Below, piece after piece: positions 42,385-53,606 of a DNA stretch of 61,200 nucleotides; the stretch's first letter is position 1; every line of letters starts with the position of its first letter. The notes under the pieces were generated by a model. The model was not told the origin of the DNA and did no database searches. It saw only the letters and a program-made list of their open reading frames with translations. The DNA is from an uncultured Luminiphilus sp. (GTDB taxonomy: Bacteria; Pseudomonadota; Gammaproteobacteria; Pseudomonadales; Halieaceae): contig CALKEI010000011.1 in NCBI GenBank assembly GCA_938085095.1, positions 1 to 61,200 on the forward strand. The letters run 5' to 3'. The position numbers and the translations under genes were made by a program.

Positions 42385-42909
42385 TCAGTGTGTGGCGCCC
42401 TCAGGAGGGGCTTCACCACTCTCAGCAGCGGTCCCCGCCGCACCTTCTTCAGCCTGCTGGGCCATCGCCTGACGGAACAGCGCGTCGAAATTAACCGGCG
42501 CAATCATCAACGCGGGGAAGCCGCCCTTCACCACCAGACTATCTATGGCTTCTCTGGCGTAAGGAAACAAAATCGTGGGTGCTACCGTCGACAGCAACTG
42601 TCGCAGCGCATCGCCCTCGATCCCCGCTACGAAAAAAATACCCGCCTGCTGCACCTCTACCAAAAAAGCGGTTTGCTCTTCGAGCGTGGCAGTAATCGTC
42701 AGCGTTAACAGCACTTCGTGGTTGCCGTCCTCGTCCACCCGGCTGCTCTTGGTGTTGAGATCCACGTTCACTGCCGGCTTCCACTCTTGCCGAAAGACAT
42801 TGGGCGTAATCGGTGACTCGAAGGAAATATCTTTTGTATAAATGCGCTGGGTCACAAACTGCTGTTGTGCTGCTGCTTCCTGAGCGGCTGCGGTATCTTC
42901 TTCAGCCAT
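42385..42909 (-). CDS. secB: Protein-export chaperone SecB
   Basis: [43 protein letters not shown]. Confidence 0.96.
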   Translation of the reverse strand: MAEEDTAAAQEAAAQQQFVTQRIYTKDISFESPITPNVFRQEWKPAVNVDLNTKSSRVDEDGNHEVLLTLTITATLEEQTAFLVEVQQAGIFFVAGIEGDALRQLLSTVAPTILFPYAREAIDSLVVKGGFPALMIAPVNFDALFRQAMAQQAEEGAAGTAAESGEAPPEGATH

Positions 42910-42953
42910 GCTGGCTCTCCTTGTCTTTCAAAATCGAGGTGATCGCCCGCCTG

Positions 42954-43205
42954 TCACGTCAACAGCGGGTCTAACCCGCCAGAGCGCTCGAGACCATATA
43001 GCTCGTCACAACCACCAATATGTTGTTCGCCAATCCAAATCTGCGGCACCGAGGTCTGTCCGGCGCGCTCGGCCATTTGCTGCCGCGCAACGGGCTGACC
43101 ATCTACGGGGATTTCCTCGTATGAAACCCCTTTTTGGTCAAGCAATGCCTTTGCCCGAATACAGAATGGACACCACCGCGTGGTATAGATCACCACGGCA
43201 TTCAT
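42954..43205 (-). CDS. grxC: Glutaredoxin 3
   Basis: YTTRWCPFCIRAK (CPFC), TSVPQIWI, IGGCDEL. Confidence 0.93.
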   Translation of the reverse strand: MNAVVIYTTRWCPFCIRAKALLDQKGVSYEEIPVDGQPVARQQMAERAGQTSVPQIWIGEQHIGGCDELYGLERSGGLDPLLT

Positions 43206-43624
43206 TGAGTGACAACCGGGAGCTTCTGCGCATCCCATTCCATCATGCCGCCAGACAGCTTTTGCGCCCTGCTAAACCCTTGCGCCCTAAGCGTCTTCGT
43301 CGCAGGACCTGCAGACTGCCCCATTTTACACACGACCACGACGGGTTTTTCACGGAATTTTTCCAGTTCGCCGACGCGTTTCGCCAGCGTTGCCGCTGGA
43401 ATATGCAGCGCGTCTGTAATGTGTCCACGGGCATAGTCGCCAGCGTCACGGATGTCGAGGAACACCCCTTCATCATTGTTCACCAACTGCACGGCTTCGT
43501 TAATCGACAACGAGGGTCCTGCCTTGCGGGTCTCATGAAGGATCAGCATGCCCAGCGTCGTGGCCAAGGCCGCGGCCAGAATCCACTGTTCGCCTAAAAA
43601 TTGAAAAATTAACTCTACTGACAC
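43202..43624 (-). CDS. Membrane-anchored rhodanese-domain protein (YibN-like)
   Basis: N-terminal TM, LDIRD..DY..GHI, VVVCKMGQSA, LSGGMMEW. First gene of the yibN-grxC-secB unit. Confidence 0.88.
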   Translation of the reverse strand: MSVELIFQFLGEQWILAAALATTLGMLILHETRKAGPSLSINEAVQLVNNDEGVFLDIRDAGDYARGHITDALHIPAATLAKRVGELEKFREKPVVVVCKMGQSAGPATKTLRAQGFSRAQKLSGGMMEWDAQKLPVVTQ

Positions 43625-43652
43625 GCTATTCCTGTCCTGTAAGCACCCAACA

Positions 43653-43716
43653 CATCGCCTCGCTAATACCCCTGTTGCTGGGGGTAGTTCGGTCATGCAG
43701 CGTCACCGAGGCGATG
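43653..43716 (-). other. Multi-stem RNA structure in the leader of rhodanese-grxC-secB
   Basis: Perfect 10-bp outer stem CATCGCCTCG (43653-62) / CGAGGCGATG (43707-16) encloses a TACCCC/GGGGTA hairpin and a partly overlapping TCGGT/ACCGA stem. Confidence 0.5.
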
Positions 43717-44015
43717 GCTGCGCTTGACTCGGGGCGCGAGTATATCGGTTCAATCGAACACCCTCCAGTCGGCTCGACCCTTAATGATGGCGCACCGTCC
43801 ATTGTCTTCGAGACGCTTTCTTGTTTTCTTTTGCCCGTGGGACGCGTCTGGGGCATTGCATGAAACGCTCACAACGCCCGGGGTTATCCAACCCATTGAG
43901 CCTCTTGCTAGACTGTTCCTCATAACGGCATAGCCGCAGCATTGACGGACAAGTAGTGCTCCGCCGGCGACGTCGCGTTACAATGATCCTCTCAGTTACC
44001 CGAGCCCCCAACACC

Positions 44016-45548
44016 GTGTCTACGCCCCGACGCACCACATTGCTCGTCATTCTGGACGGTTTCGGTCACCGCACGGCCACCGAAGACAATGCCATTTTCG
44101 CCGCGCAGACCCCCAACCTTGATCGCCTGCGGCGCGACGCCTCGCATACGCTAATTTCGGGCTCCGGTCCCGATGTCGGCCTGCCAGAAGGGCAAATGGG
44201 AAACTCTGAGGTGGGGCACATGAGTCTTGGGGCAGGGCGCATTGTGCACCAGTCCATTACTCGCATCGATCAGGCCATTGCCAATGGCGAGTTTGAAGGC
44301 AATCCGGCCTATGTGCAGGCAATTGATGCGGCAGTCGCGGCAGGGAAAGCGGTTCACGTTATGGGATTGCTCTCTCCGGGCGGCGTCCATAGCCATGAGG
44401 AACAGCTTTTCGCCGCACTGCGTCTGGCGGCGTCGCGAGGCGCAGAGCGTGTTTACCTGCATGCGTTTCTCGATGGCAGGGATACGCCACCGCGCAGCGC
44501 TGCGCCCTCCCTGCAGCGGACTGAGGCCGTGCTCAAAACACTCGGGATTGGACAAATCGCCTCCGTCCATGGTCGCTACTGGGCAATGGATCGCGATAAT
44601 CGCTGGGAGCGCATCGAAAAAAGCTATGCCTTGCTCACAGAGGGTGCGGCCGCACACCAATCGGCCACGGCTCTGGCGGCACTCGAAGCCGCTTATGAAC
44701 GGGGTGAGGACGACGAGTTTGTCGAGCCCACGCGGATCGGCGATCCAGCGGCCTTTGCAGAGGGTGATGCAGTGCTATTCATGAATTTTCGCGCCGACCG
44801 CGCGCGGCAAATGGCACAGGCACTCACAGACCCGGACTTCACTGGCTTTGCCCGTGGCGCTCAACCCGATATTTGTCTCGTCACCACCACTGAATACGCC
44901 GCCGCCCTGTCCTGTCCGGTTGCCTTTCCACCCGACCCCCTGGAAGACAGTCTTGCCGAGGTCCTAGCACGTGAAGGGCTGACCCAGTTGCGTATCGCCG
45001 AGACTGAAAAATACGCTCACGTTACTTTTTTCTTCAGTGGCGGTCGTGAGGACACCTTTGCAGGTGAAACCCGTGTGCTGATTCCATCGCCCGATGTCGC
45101 GACCTATGACCTCAAGCCAGAGATGAGTGCCCGGGAAGTGACTGACTCACTGATAGAGTCGATTGAGTCCGGTGACTATGACTTCATCGTCGTGAATTTC
45201 GCCAACGGCGATATGGTTGGGCACACAGGACAATTAACAGCAGCCATTACTGCAGTCGAAACACTGGACCAGTGTATTGGCCGGATCGAGGCCGCATTGC
45301 TCGCTCACGGCGGCGAAGGGTTGATTACTGCTGACCACGGTAACTGCGAACAGATGCGGGATTACGAAAATAACCAGCCCCATACCCAGCACACCACGGA
45401 ACCCGTGCCCCTGATTTACATCGGTGAGCAAGCGCGCGCGCTGGACCCCAGTGGCGGCATCCTCGCCGATGTCGCCCCGACTGTCCTGACGATGATGGGA
45501 CTCGAAATCCCCGAGGCCATGTCGGGACGCAGCCTTCTGACGCACTGA
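44016..45548 (+). CDS. gpmI: 2,3-bisphosphoglycerate-independent phosphoglycerate mutase
   Basis: [59 protein letters not shown]. Start is approximate. Confidence 0.96.
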   Translation: MSTPRRTTLLVILDGFGHRTATEDNAIFAAQTPNLDRLRRDASHTLISGSGPDVGLPEGQMGNSEVGHMSLGAGRIVHQSITRIDQAIANGEFEGNPAYVQAIDAAVAAGKAVHVMGLLSPGGVHSHEEQLFAALRLAASRGAERVYLHAFLDGRDTPPRSAAPSLQRTEAVLKTLGIGQIASVHGRYWAMDRDNRWERIEKSYALLTEGAAAHQSATALAALEAAYERGEDDEFVEPTRIGDPAAFAEGDAVLFMNFRADRARQMAQALTDPDFTGFARGAQPDICLVTTTEYAAALSCPVAFPPDPLEDSLAEVLAREGLTQLRIAETEKYAHVTFFFSGGREDTFAGETRVLIPSPDVATYDLKPEMSAREVTDSLIESIESGDYDFIVVNFANGDMVGHTGQLTAAITAVETLDQCIGRIEAALLAHGGEGLITADHGNCEQMRDYENNQPHTQHTTEPVPLIYIGEQARALDPSGGILADVAPTVLTMMGLEIPEAMSGRSLLTH

Positions 45549-45559
45549 GCAGCTCACAG

Positions 45560-46729
45560 GTGGCCCGTGTCCTCGCGTTCCGCCCGTTACTTCGCGTCGG
45601 CTACCTTGCAGCGTGTTTACTCCTTAGTGATCACCTATCGGCACAGTCATCCGAGCCTGTAGATCAAACCGCCGAGCAACTCGCCGCACTCAAAGCCGAG
45701 ATCGACGCCATTGAGTCGCAGCTAAACGCGCAGGAACAAACCCGCGATACCTTGCAGGAGACGCTCCGCGAGGCCGACATCCAGATTGGTGTCTATGACC
45801 GACAGCTCAATGCGCTTTCCCGCCAACGCGTCGCCATTCAAGACCAACTGGCGCGTCTCGACACACAGCGAGAGCAGCTTGAGGAAGAACAGCGGCAACG
45901 CAGCGACCGCATCGAGGACAGCATCCAACAATTATGGGTGTTGCAACAAGGCGGAGGTATGCGGGTCTGGCTGGGCAATCAAAACCCTGATGATGTTGCC
46001 CGCCATCTCGCGTTTTTTCAGACAATTATCGAGGATCAAAGAGCGACCCTTGCCGAGTATGAGCAAGGCCTCAGCGCCATTCTGAGCAACCGGGATGCCA
46101 CTGCCGAAACGGAAGCCCAACTGGCACAACAGACCGATGCGGTGGGCGGAACCAGAGAAAAACTGGCCGTCCAGCAAGCTTTGCAGCAAGAGGCCTTGGC
46201 GGAGATCAGCACGCAGCTGGGAAATAACCAGCAGCGTTTGGCTCTGCTCATGCGGGACCAGCAACGCCTCAATGCGCTGCTCGATGAACTCCAGTCGCTT
46301 TCCATACAATCACCCTCACCATTAAATGAGCCGCAACCGTTTGCCGATACCCGGGGCGCACTGCCAATGCCCGTCTCGGGCACACCCACAAACCGGTTCG
46401 GTGCGCGACGTAACGCCGACATTCGCTGGCGCGGATGGCTAATTGCGGCTGAACAGGGCGAGCCCGTTCAGGCCATCTACGACGGTCACGTCATCTATGC
46501 GGACTGGTTGCGCGGCCAGGGCTTGCTGCTGGTGCTGGATCATGGCGACGGATGGATTTCCCTCTACGCCCACAACCGAAGTCTGCTGCGAAACGTTGGC
46601 GATCGCATCAGAGCCGGAGAGACAATCGCCAGGGCGGGCGCCAGCGGCGGCAGCGAGACATCCGGTCTCTACTTCGAGATCCGGCATCAGGGTAAACCCG
46701 TCGACCCGGCTGACTGGATTCGCCGCTGA
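45560..46729 (+). CDS. envC: Murein hydrolase activator EnvC (coiled coil + LytM/M23)
   Basis: Signal peptide, long coiled coil, degenerate M23 domain (WRGWLI...LDHGDG...SLYAHN...LYFEIR). Confidence 0.9.
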   Translation: MARVLAFRPLLRVGYLAACLLLSDHLSAQSSEPVDQTAEQLAALKAEIDAIESQLNAQEQTRDTLQETLREADIQIGVYDRQLNALSRQRVAIQDQLARLDTQREQLEEEQRQRSDRIEDSIQQLWVLQQGGGMRVWLGNQNPDDVARHLAFFQTIIEDQRATLAEYEQGLSAILSNRDATAETEAQLAQQTDAVGGTREKLAVQQALQQEALAEISTQLGNNQQRLALLMRDQQRLNALLDELQSLSIQSPSPLNEPQPFADTRGALPMPVSGTPTNRFGARRNADIRWRGWLIAAEQGEPVQAIYDGHVIYADWLRGQGLLLVLDHGDGWISLYAHNRSLLRNVGDRIRAGETIARAGASGGSETSGLYFEIRHQGKPVDPADWIRR

Positions 46730-46783
46730 GTGGAGATCAGATAATCGGGTACCATTAGCGGCCCAACGTTTCAGGTACCCATC

Positions 46784-48202
46784 ATGGACGTGCGTTTTCG
46801 CTCCTGCAGCATCGGACTGCTGCTCATCCTTGCAACCTGTTTGCCTGCCTGGGCAGATGAGGCTGTCACCGATACGATCACCGATCCGCATGCCTCGGGT
46901 CTGCAGGACGCTGCCGAAGGGGCAGCGGACACTGCTCCTCAAGCGCTGCCGCTAGAAGAGCTGCAAATGTTTGCCGATGTGTTTAACCAAATTCGTCAGG
47001 GTTATGTCGAGTCCGTGCCCGACAGCGAGCTGTTCGAGCTCGCCGTGCAGGGCATGCTGTCGGGACTCGACCCCCACTCGGTTTTTCTTCAGGAAAAAGC
47101 CTATGACTCTCTTCAGGAGACCACACAGGGCGAGTTCAGCGGCCTTGGCATCGAAATTGGGCAGGAACGCGGCTACATCACGATCATCGCGCCGATCGAC
47201 GGATCACCCGCCGAAGCAGCGGGACTCGAAGCCGGCGATGTCATTCTTAAAATCGACGGGGAGTCTATTCGCGATCTGCCCGTTAATAAATCCGTGGATC
47301 TCATGCGGGGCCCGACCGGCTCTGAGGTGTTGCTGACCATCGGCCGGCGAGGGGTAGCCGACCCTTTTGATGTGGCCGTGATACGCGACATCATCAAGGT
47401 CCCCAGTGTGCGTAGCCGCGAATTGATGGAGGGCTACCTGTGGTTGCGGGCATCGCAATTTCAAAAAGACACCGGCCTAGAGGCCATTGCCACCCTAGAA
47501 AAGGCACTGACCGAGGGGGCGCTCAAAGGCGTCGTGCTCGACCTGCGCAATAACCCCGGTGGTGTGCTCGGAGCCAGCGTCGACATGGCTGGTGCGGTGC
47601 TCGATGGTGGCTTGGTGGTGTATACCAAAGGACGGCATCCGCAGGCGGCAGAACGTTATGAAGCCGCAGCGGGCGATCTCTTGAGCGGTACACCCATCGT
47701 GGTGCTCATTAACGGCGGCTCGGCAAGCGCCTCGGAAATTGTGGCGGGCGCCCTGCAAGACCGCCGACGTGCGGTCATCATGGGTACGCGAAGCTTTGGC
47801 AAGGGCTCAGTACAGACTATTCTGCCTGTCAGCGACACCCGCGCAGTGAAACTCACCACTGCGCTTTACTACACGCCCGACGGCCGCTCTATTCAGGCCG
47901 AGGGCATCGTGCCCGATATCGTCGTGGAGCGAGCAGAGGTCAAGAGCGTTGAGTCGGAACGACGGACCAAAGAGGCCGATTTGCAGGGTAGCCTTAGCGG
48001 CGGCGATCCGGTCGATACGCAATCCGAGAGCGAGTCTCTGACCGAATTGCGCAACTCGGATAATCAGCTATACGAGGCGCTGACGCTGCTTCGCGGCATC
48101 AACCTTTTGACACCGGAGGCCACACCTGTGGCTGCGGTTGAAATTGAGGTGGAGATTGAAGTGGAGGAAGCAGCGGCTACTGTCGTGACCGACAATCCCT
48201 GA
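46784..48202 (+). CDS. ctpA: Carboxy-terminal processing protease (S41A)
   Basis: LDPHS, PDZ domain, LDLRNNPGG, SASASEIVAGALQD (catalytic Ser), SFGKGSVQ (Lys), GIVPD. Confidence 0.92.
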   Translation: MDVRFRSCSIGLLLILATCLPAWADEAVTDTITDPHASGLQDAAEGAADTAPQALPLEELQMFADVFNQIRQGYVESVPDSELFELAVQGMLSGLDPHSVFLQEKAYDSLQETTQGEFSGLGIEIGQERGYITIIAPIDGSPAEAAGLEAGDVILKIDGESIRDLPVNKSVDLMRGPTGSEVLLTIGRRGVADPFDVAVIRDIIKVPSVRSRELMEGYLWLRASQFQKDTGLEAIATLEKALTEGALKGVVLDLRNNPGGVLGASVDMAGAVLDGGLVVYTKGRHPQAAERYEAAAGDLLSGTPIVVLINGGSASASEIVAGALQDRRRAVIMGTRSFGKGSVQTILPVSDTRAVKLTTALYYTPDGRSIQAEGIVPDIVVERAEVKSVESERRTKEADLQGSLSGGDPVDTQSESESLTELRNSDNQLYEALTLLRGINLLTPEATPVAAVEIEVEIEVEEAAATVVTDNP

Positions 48203-48256
48203 AAGCCGCGGATAGGAGCGAGTCGGCTCGCTGGGGAAGGGGTCTGTCGCGCGGCG

Positions 48257-49030
48257 TTATAGCCGCATCGGGATGCCCTGATCGGCCATAAAGGCTTTGG
48301 CTTCTCCCACGGTGTGCTCACCGAAGTGGAAGATGCTGGCCGCCAGCACGGCATCGGCACCGCCCTGAGTTACGCCGTCTGCAAGGTGCTGTAACGTGCC
48401 CACACCGCCCGAGGCAATGACGGGAATATCCACCGCATCGGTAATTGCTCGGGTGATCGTGAGCTCAAACCCATCGCGGGTGCCATCGCGATCCATACTG
48501 GTCAGCAACAGCTCTCCGGCACCTAGCGCGGCCATCCTTCGCGCCCACTCCACGGCCTCTATGCCAGTCGGTTTGCGCCCCCCGTGGGTAAACAGTTCGT
48601 AACGCGGCGGGTCACCCGGTCCTGAAACACGCTTCACGTCAATGGCCACCACAATGCACTGCGAACCGAAGCGTGCCGAGGCATCGCTCACCAGTTCCGG
48701 GTGATGGATCGCCGCAGTGTTAATGCTGACTTTGTCGGCACCGGCATTGAGCATGGCGCGAATATCCTGCAGTGAGCGGATACCGCCCCCGACCGTTAGC
48801 GGAATAAACACCTCACGGGCAATCTGCTCGACCGTATTGACGGTGGTGTCACGCTCTTCATGACTGGCGGTAATATCGAGAAAGGTAATTTCGTCGGCGC
48901 CTTCGTCGTTGTAGCGGCGCGCAACCTCAACCGGGTCTCCGGCGTCACGGATGCCCACGAAGTTAACACCCTTCACAACGCGCCCTTGGTCCACATCAAG
49001 GCAGGGAATAATGCGCTTGGCGAGAGCCAT
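48257..49030 (-). CDS. hisF: Imidazole glycerol phosphate synthase cyclase subunit
   Basis: [42 protein letters not shown]. Confidence 0.97.
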   Translation of the reverse strand: MALAKRIIPCLDVDQGRVVKGVNFVGIRDAGDPVEVARRYNDEGADEITFLDITASHEERDTTVNTVEQIAREVFIPLTVGGGIRSLQDIRAMLNAGADKVSINTAAIHHPELVSDASARFGSQCIVVAIDVKRVSGPGDPPRYELFTHGGRKPTGIEAVEWARRMAALGAGELLLTSMDRDGTRDGFELTITRAITDAVDIPVIASGGVGTLQHLADGVTQGGADAVLAASIFHFGEHTVGEAKAFMADQGIPMRL

Positions 49031-49773
49031 CAGTCGCTTCCCAGAAACGCGTCAACCATGGTCTGTGCGGCGGCGAGATCCAGCGTTCCCTCATAAATAG
49101 CACGACCAGTAATGGCGCCACAGATCCCCGCCCGGGCATGCTGCATCAACCCGCGCACATCATCGAGTTGACTGATGCCACCGGAGGCAATAACCGGCAG
49201 ACCCGATTGCTCAGCCAGCGCCACGGTGGCCTCGAGATTGACGCCTTGCATCATGCCGTCGCGGTCGATGTCGGTGTACACCACAGCGGTGACACCGGCA
49301 TCAGCGAAACGTCTTGCCAAATCGGTGGCCTCGAGTTCGCTCTCGCTGGCCCACCCCTCTACCGCAACGCGACCGCCGCGCGCATCAATACCGACAATAA
49401 TGTGTCCAGGAAACTGAGCGCAGGCCTTGTGCACAAAATCAGGATCTTTCGCCGCCATGGTACCGATAATCGCGTACTCGACCCCCGCCTCGAGGTAACG
49501 TGCAATGGTATCGAGGTTGCGAATGCCGCCGCCGATCTGAATGGGCAAATCGGGCAACGCATGCGAAATCGCCTCGATAATATCGGCATTCACCGGCTCT
49601 CCTGCAAAGGCGCCGTCGAGGTCAACCACATGCAAGCGCCGTGCACCCTCGCCGTGCCAGCGCCGGGCCATCGCAACGGGGTCGTTGGAGAACACCGTGC
49701 TGTCCGCCATGTCTCCCTGGCGGAGGCGAACACACTGTCCGTCTTTAAGATCAATGGCGGGTATTACGAGCAT
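49030..49773 (-). CDS. hisA: ProFAR isomerase
   Basis: [44 protein letters not shown]. Confidence 0.96.
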   Translation of the reverse strand: MLVIPAIDLKDGQCVRLRQGDMADSTVFSNDPVAMARRWHGEGARRLHVVDLDGAFAGEPVNADIIEAISHALPDLPIQIGGGIRNLDTIARYLEAGVEYAIIGTMAAKDPDFVHKACAQFPGHIIVGIDARGGRVAVEGWASESELEATDLARRFADAGVTAVVYTDIDRDGMMQGVNLEATVALAEQSGLPVIASGGISQLDDVRGLMQHARAGICGAITGRAIYEGTLDLAAAQTMVDAFLGSD

Positions 49774-50417
49774 GTGCCATCCCAATTGAGAAAATTCTTT
49801 AACAGCGTGAGTCCTGCGGTGTGGCTCTTTTCCGGATGAAATTGAGTGGCGAAGAGATTGTCCTGTGAGAGCGCTGCACAACCCGTGAGTCCGTAGTCAA
49901 ACGTTCCTGCCACGACTGCCGGGTCATCGGGCACAACGTGGTAGCTATGAACAAAGTAAAAACGGGTGCCTGGCGCGATGCCTTGCCAAAGAGGATGTGA
50001 GCCCACCGGCTGCACGGTATTCCAACCCATGTGCGGTACCTTGAGCCGCTCACCCTGCTCGCCCTGATGAGACTCACCAAAAAATACCACCTGGCCCGGC
50101 AAACGATCCAAACAGGCCACGCCGTCATTTTCCTCAGAGCGAGTCATCAATGCCTGCATGCCCACACAGATCGCCAGAACCGGTTTGCGCTGTACGTTAA
50201 GCACCTGATTGAGCAGCTGATCACAACCCAGCTGGCGAATAGCCTCCATGCAGTCCCGGATGCCACCGACCCCCGGAAACACCACACGATCCGCCTCGGC
50301 AATCGCCTCTGGGTCGTGGCTAACCACCACCTCGCTGGCGCCCACATGCTCCAAGGCGCTGGCGACAGAGTGCAGGTTGCCCATACCGTAATCGATCACG
50401 GCGACCCGCTGGGTCAC
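49764..50417 (-). CDS. hisH: Imidazole glycerol phosphate synthase glutaminase subunit
   Basis: [19 protein letters not shown] (catalytic Cys), VPHMGWN, YFVHSY, QFHPEKS. Confidence 0.96.
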   Translation of the reverse strand: MTQRVAVIDYGMGNLHSVASALEHVGASEVVVSHDPEAIAEADRVVFPGVGGIRDCMEAIRQLGCDQLLNQVLNVQRKPVLAICVGMQALMTRSEENDGVACLDRLPGQVVFFGESHQGEQGERLKVPHMGWNTVQPVGSHPLWQGIAPGTRFYFVHSYHVVPDDPAVVAGTFDYGLTGCAALSQDNLFATQFHPEKSHTAGLTLLKNFLNWDGTCS

Positions 50418-50420
50418 GGT

Positions 50421-51029
50421 TTACAGAACCCCTTTAGTCGACGGGCTGGTGCCTGCCATCGCCGCGTCGCGGGCGACCGCCATACGCAGTGCACGGCCAA
50501 AGGCCTTGAAGACGGTCTCGGCCTGATGGTGGGCATTGTGCCCACGGAGGTTATCAATATGCACGGTGACGTCGGCATGGTTCACGAAGCCCTGAAAAAA
50601 CTCGATCACCAGATCCACATCGAAATCGCCGACCGTAGCGCGGGTAAAGGGCACGTGAAATTCCAGCCCCGGCCGACCACTACAATCGATGACAACCCGA
50701 GACAAGGCCTCATCCAGTGGCACATAAGCGTGGCCATAACGGATGATGCCTTTCTTGTCTCCGATCGCTTCGCTAAACGCCTGACCCATCGTGATGCCGA
50801 TGTCCTCCACCGTGTGGTGGGCATCGATGTGCAGGTCGCCTTTGGCATGAATATCGAGATCAATCTGGCCGTGCCGGGCAATCTGGTCGAGCATATGCTC
50901 AAGAAAGGGCAGCCCCGTATCGAGGGTGCACTGACCGGTGCCATCAAGACAGAGCTCGACGGTAATTTGGGTCTCGAGGGTCTCGCGGCTAATCGAAGCC
51001 TTGCGAACTCCCGCATCTTGCTGACTCAT
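50421..51029 (-). CDS. hisB: Imidazoleglycerol-phosphate dehydratase (monofunctional)
   Basis: [43 protein letters not shown]. Confidence 0.96.
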   Translation of the reverse strand: MSQQDAGVRKASISRETLETQITVELCLDGTGQCTLDTGLPFLEHMLDQIARHGQIDLDIHAKGDLHIDAHHTVEDIGITMGQAFSEAIGDKKGIIRYGHAYVPLDEALSRVVIDCSGRPGLEFHVPFTRATVGDFDVDLVIEFFQGFVNHADVTVHIDNLRGHNAHHQAETVFKAFGRALRMAVARDAAMAGTSPSTKGVL

Positions 51030-51132
51030 GCTTTTTTCTCCCGGACGCCCCGACATACAGCGCGGGCGCTACACTAGGGGCGACATTGTATAGAAAGAGC
51101 CCCTTTACTTCATTGCGAAGCTTTACCACTTC

Positions 51133-52206
51133 ATGAGCTCACCCGATCACATTGCCGATGCCCTGCTGGAGTGGTTTGACTGCCACGGACGTAAAGATCT
51201 GCCCTGGCAGCACGACCGAACGCCCTACCGTGTCTGGGTCTCCGAGATTATGCTGCAGCAGACTCAAGTCGCGACTGTGATTCCCTTTTACCAGCGATTC
51301 ATGTCCGCGCTCCCGTCAATCGAAGATCTTGCTGCCGCGCCGGAAGATAGCGTGCTGCACCTTTGGACAGGGCTGGGTTACTACGCCCGCGCACGAAACC
51401 TGCATCGCTGTGCACAAGAAATCTGTCGCGAGCATAACGGTGAATTCCCGACAGACCCGGCGGGATTAGAAGCACTGCCGGGTATCGGGCGCTCCACCGC
51501 GGGCGCGATCCTGTCACTCGCCATGCATACCCGCGCGCCGATTCTGGATGGCAACGTGAAACGGGTTCTGGCCCGGTACCATGCCGTTGAGGGCTGGCCG
51601 GGGCAACGCGCAATAAGCGATCGACTGTGGCGGCACGCAGAGCACCACACACCGCAGGAGCGGGTAGCTGACTTTACACAAGCGATCATGGACCTTGGTG
51701 CAACCTGCTGCACTCGCAGCCAGCCACGTTGCGAGTCCTGCCCGCTGCATCACGGGTGTGTGGCGCGGCAACGGGGTCGCCAAGCGGATTTTCCCGGTCG
51801 CAAGCCGCGCAAGGAAACGCCGCAGCGGCGACGCTGGCTCGCCGTCGTCACCCGCTCTCCTGGCGAGGTGCTGTTAGAGAAGCGGCCCGCCTCGGGCATT
51901 TGGGGGGGCTTGTGGGCACCCCCTGAATTCGATGAGGAAATCGCTGCCAGAGCTTGGATACAGGACATCATTGGTCTACCGAGCGACGACTGTCGAGTCG
52001 ACGCGCCCTTTCATCACACCTTCACCCATTTTAAGCTCGAGGCGCACCCTGTCAGAGTGCATTGCGAAGCGAACCAAGCGGATGCGACGGCCGTAAACAT
52101 TGACGCTGAGGGGTTGCAGTGGTTCAGTTTGCATCCCCCGCCCGCGGTGGGTCTGCCTGCACCGGTCTTGAAGCTACTGACCAAGCTGGGTGCAGAACCC
52201 TTTTAA
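51133..52206 (+). CDS. mutY: A/G-specific adenine glycosylase
   Basis: [24 protein letters not shown], Hh[20 protein letters not shown], Fe-S motif C-X6-C-X2-C-X5-C, HTFTHF. Confidence 0.96.
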   Translation: MSSPDHIADALLEWFDCHGRKDLPWQHDRTPYRVWVSEIMLQQTQVATVIPFYQRFMSALPSIEDLAAAPEDSVLHLWTGLGYYARARNLHRCAQEICREHNGEFPTDPAGLEALPGIGRSTAGAILSLAMHTRAPILDGNVKRVLARYHAVEGWPGQRAISDRLWRHAEHHTPQERVADFTQAIMDLGATCCTRSQPRCESCPLHHGCVARQRGRQADFPGRKPRKETPQRRRWLAVVTRSPGEVLLEKRPASGIWGGLWAPPEFDEEIAARAWIQDIIGLPSDDCRVDAPFHHTFTHFKLEAHPVRVHCEANQADATAVNIDAEGLQWFSLHPPPAVGLPAPVLKLLTKLGAEPF

Positions 52207-52217
52207 AGGAGCAAGTG

Positions 52218-52490
52218 ATGTCGAGAACCGTCCAATGCCGGCGCTACGGTGAGGCACTTGAAGGGCTTGAAAGAGCGCCCCTGCCGGGTGCCAAGGGCCA
52301 GGATATCTTCGATAACGTGTCAAAGAAGGCGTGGCTCGAATGGCAAGGCCACCAGACTATGCTGATCAACGAAAAGCACCTGAGCCTGATGGACCCGGAA
52401 GCACGAAAATATCTGATGGGCGAGATGGATAAATTTCTTGCTGGAGAGGACTTTGATCAGGCAGAAGGGTATGTGCCACCTAATGACTAA
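52218..52490 (+). CDS. yggX: Fe(II)-trafficking / oxidative damage protection protein
   Basis: MSRTVQC...[22 protein letters not shown]...GYVPP. Follows mutY. Confidence 0.93.
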   Translation: MSRTVQCRRYGEALEGLERAPLPGAKGQDIFDNVSKKAWLEWQGHQTMLINEKHLSLMDPEARKYLMGEMDKFLAGEDFDQAEGYVPPND

Positions 52491-52517
52491 TCACAATCCA
52501 GCTATGGTCGTGCTGCG

Positions 52518-53606
52518 ATGAAGGTGGGGTCTTGGTTTATTACCGGTGCCGTCTGCGCGCTGGTGACTGTGGTCCTTGCGGGAGTGAAGTTTTTGCAGAT
52601 CTCCCAAGCCATGGCGGTCATGGAAAGTTTTCCTCCGCCCTCGGAGTCGGTCACGGTGATTGAGGCCAAGGCGGATGTTTGGGAGCCAACGCGTCTGTTG
52701 AGTGGCACCGTGCGCTCACCCGAGCATTTGGTGATCTCCGCCGAGATGGCGGGCCGCGTGGTCGAACTGCCTTTTAAGAGTGGTGAAGTGGTACCAGAAG
52801 GTGCCGCAATACTGGTGCTCTTTGACGACGACCTTGAAGCCCAGCGCGATGCACTAGAAGCAGATTTGAATCTGATCAGTACCCAGCTTAAACGCAACAA
52901 AATACTGGAGGCAGACTCGCTCGTCTCACAAGATCAGCTCGATACGCTCTCGGCGAGGAGTCTCTCGCTCAAGGCACAGATCGCGGTGCTCGATGCGCGC
53001 TTGAGTCGCATGACCGTGCGAGCACCCTTTAGAGGGACATTGGGCATCTACCCCCAGCGCCTTGGCGATTTGATGCGTTTTGGCGAGGTGCTGACCTCAC
53101 TGACCGGCTTGAACCCCTATCGTTGGGTCGACTTCAAGGTGCCGCAGGGGTTGGCTGAGGTTCGTGTGGGCGATACCGTGCAAATTCGTGACATCACAGG
53201 AGACGAATTGGGTGTAGCAACGGTTATCGCGGTATCTGATGCGTTCGCCGAGGGCACGCGAACGTACGATGTGCGGGCCCAACTGACGGCATCAGCGTTG
53301 CGGCATGGCGCACTGGTTCAGGTAGCGCTGCGCATCGGACCCACAGAAAACCTGATGTCGGTGCCTGCACGGAGTGTGCGCTGGGATCCGCAGGGAGCGC
53401 ACACCTTTGTGGTGGTGGAGGCAGAAGCCGACGCGCACCTGCCTCATCGCGCTTCGCTGAGGCGCGTTGAGGTGCGTGGCGAGACAGCAGACCGGTTTTT
53501 CGTGCGAGGTGAACTCAACCCCGGTGACCGAATCGCCGATCAGGGTGCTTTTAAACTCAAGGACGCCATATTGATTAGCATCCAGCCAGGAGCGACTCAG
53601 GAGTGA
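52518..53606 (+). CDS. RND efflux periplasmic adaptor (membrane fusion protein)
   Basis: N-terminal TM, lipoyl halves (ISAEMAGRV and VRAPFRG), coiled-coil hairpin. Overlaps the RND permease. Confidence 0.88.
   Translation: MKVGSWFITGAVCALVTVVLAGVKFLQISQAMAVMESFPPPSESVTVIEAKADVWEPTRLLSGTVRSPEHLVISAEMAGRVVELPFKSGEVVPEGAAILVLFDDDLEAQRDALEADLNLISTQLKRNKILEADSLVSQDQLDTLSARSLSLKAQIAVLDARLSRMTVRAPFRGTLGIYPQRLGDLMRFGEVLTSLTGLNPYRWVDFKVPQGLAEVRVGDTVQIRDITGDELGVATVIAVSDAFAEGTRTYDVRAQLTASALRHGALVQVALRIGPTENLMSVPARSVRWDPQGAHTFVVVEAEADAHLPHRASLRRVEVRGETADRFFVRGELNPGDRIADQGAFKLKDAILISIQPGATQE

Noticed and set aside
43750-43923. 57-aa minus-strand ORF (MRNSLARG...) in the large rhodanese-gpmI intergenic region
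   Set aside because: No SD, no recognisable composition or motif, and it lies within divergent promoter space.
50031-51077. 348-aa plus-strand ORF, and similar long antisense ORFs such as 2084-2941, 19663-20328 and 49138-49839
   Set aside because: Shadow ORFs opposite conserved genes in GC-rich DNA, with no recognisable motifs.
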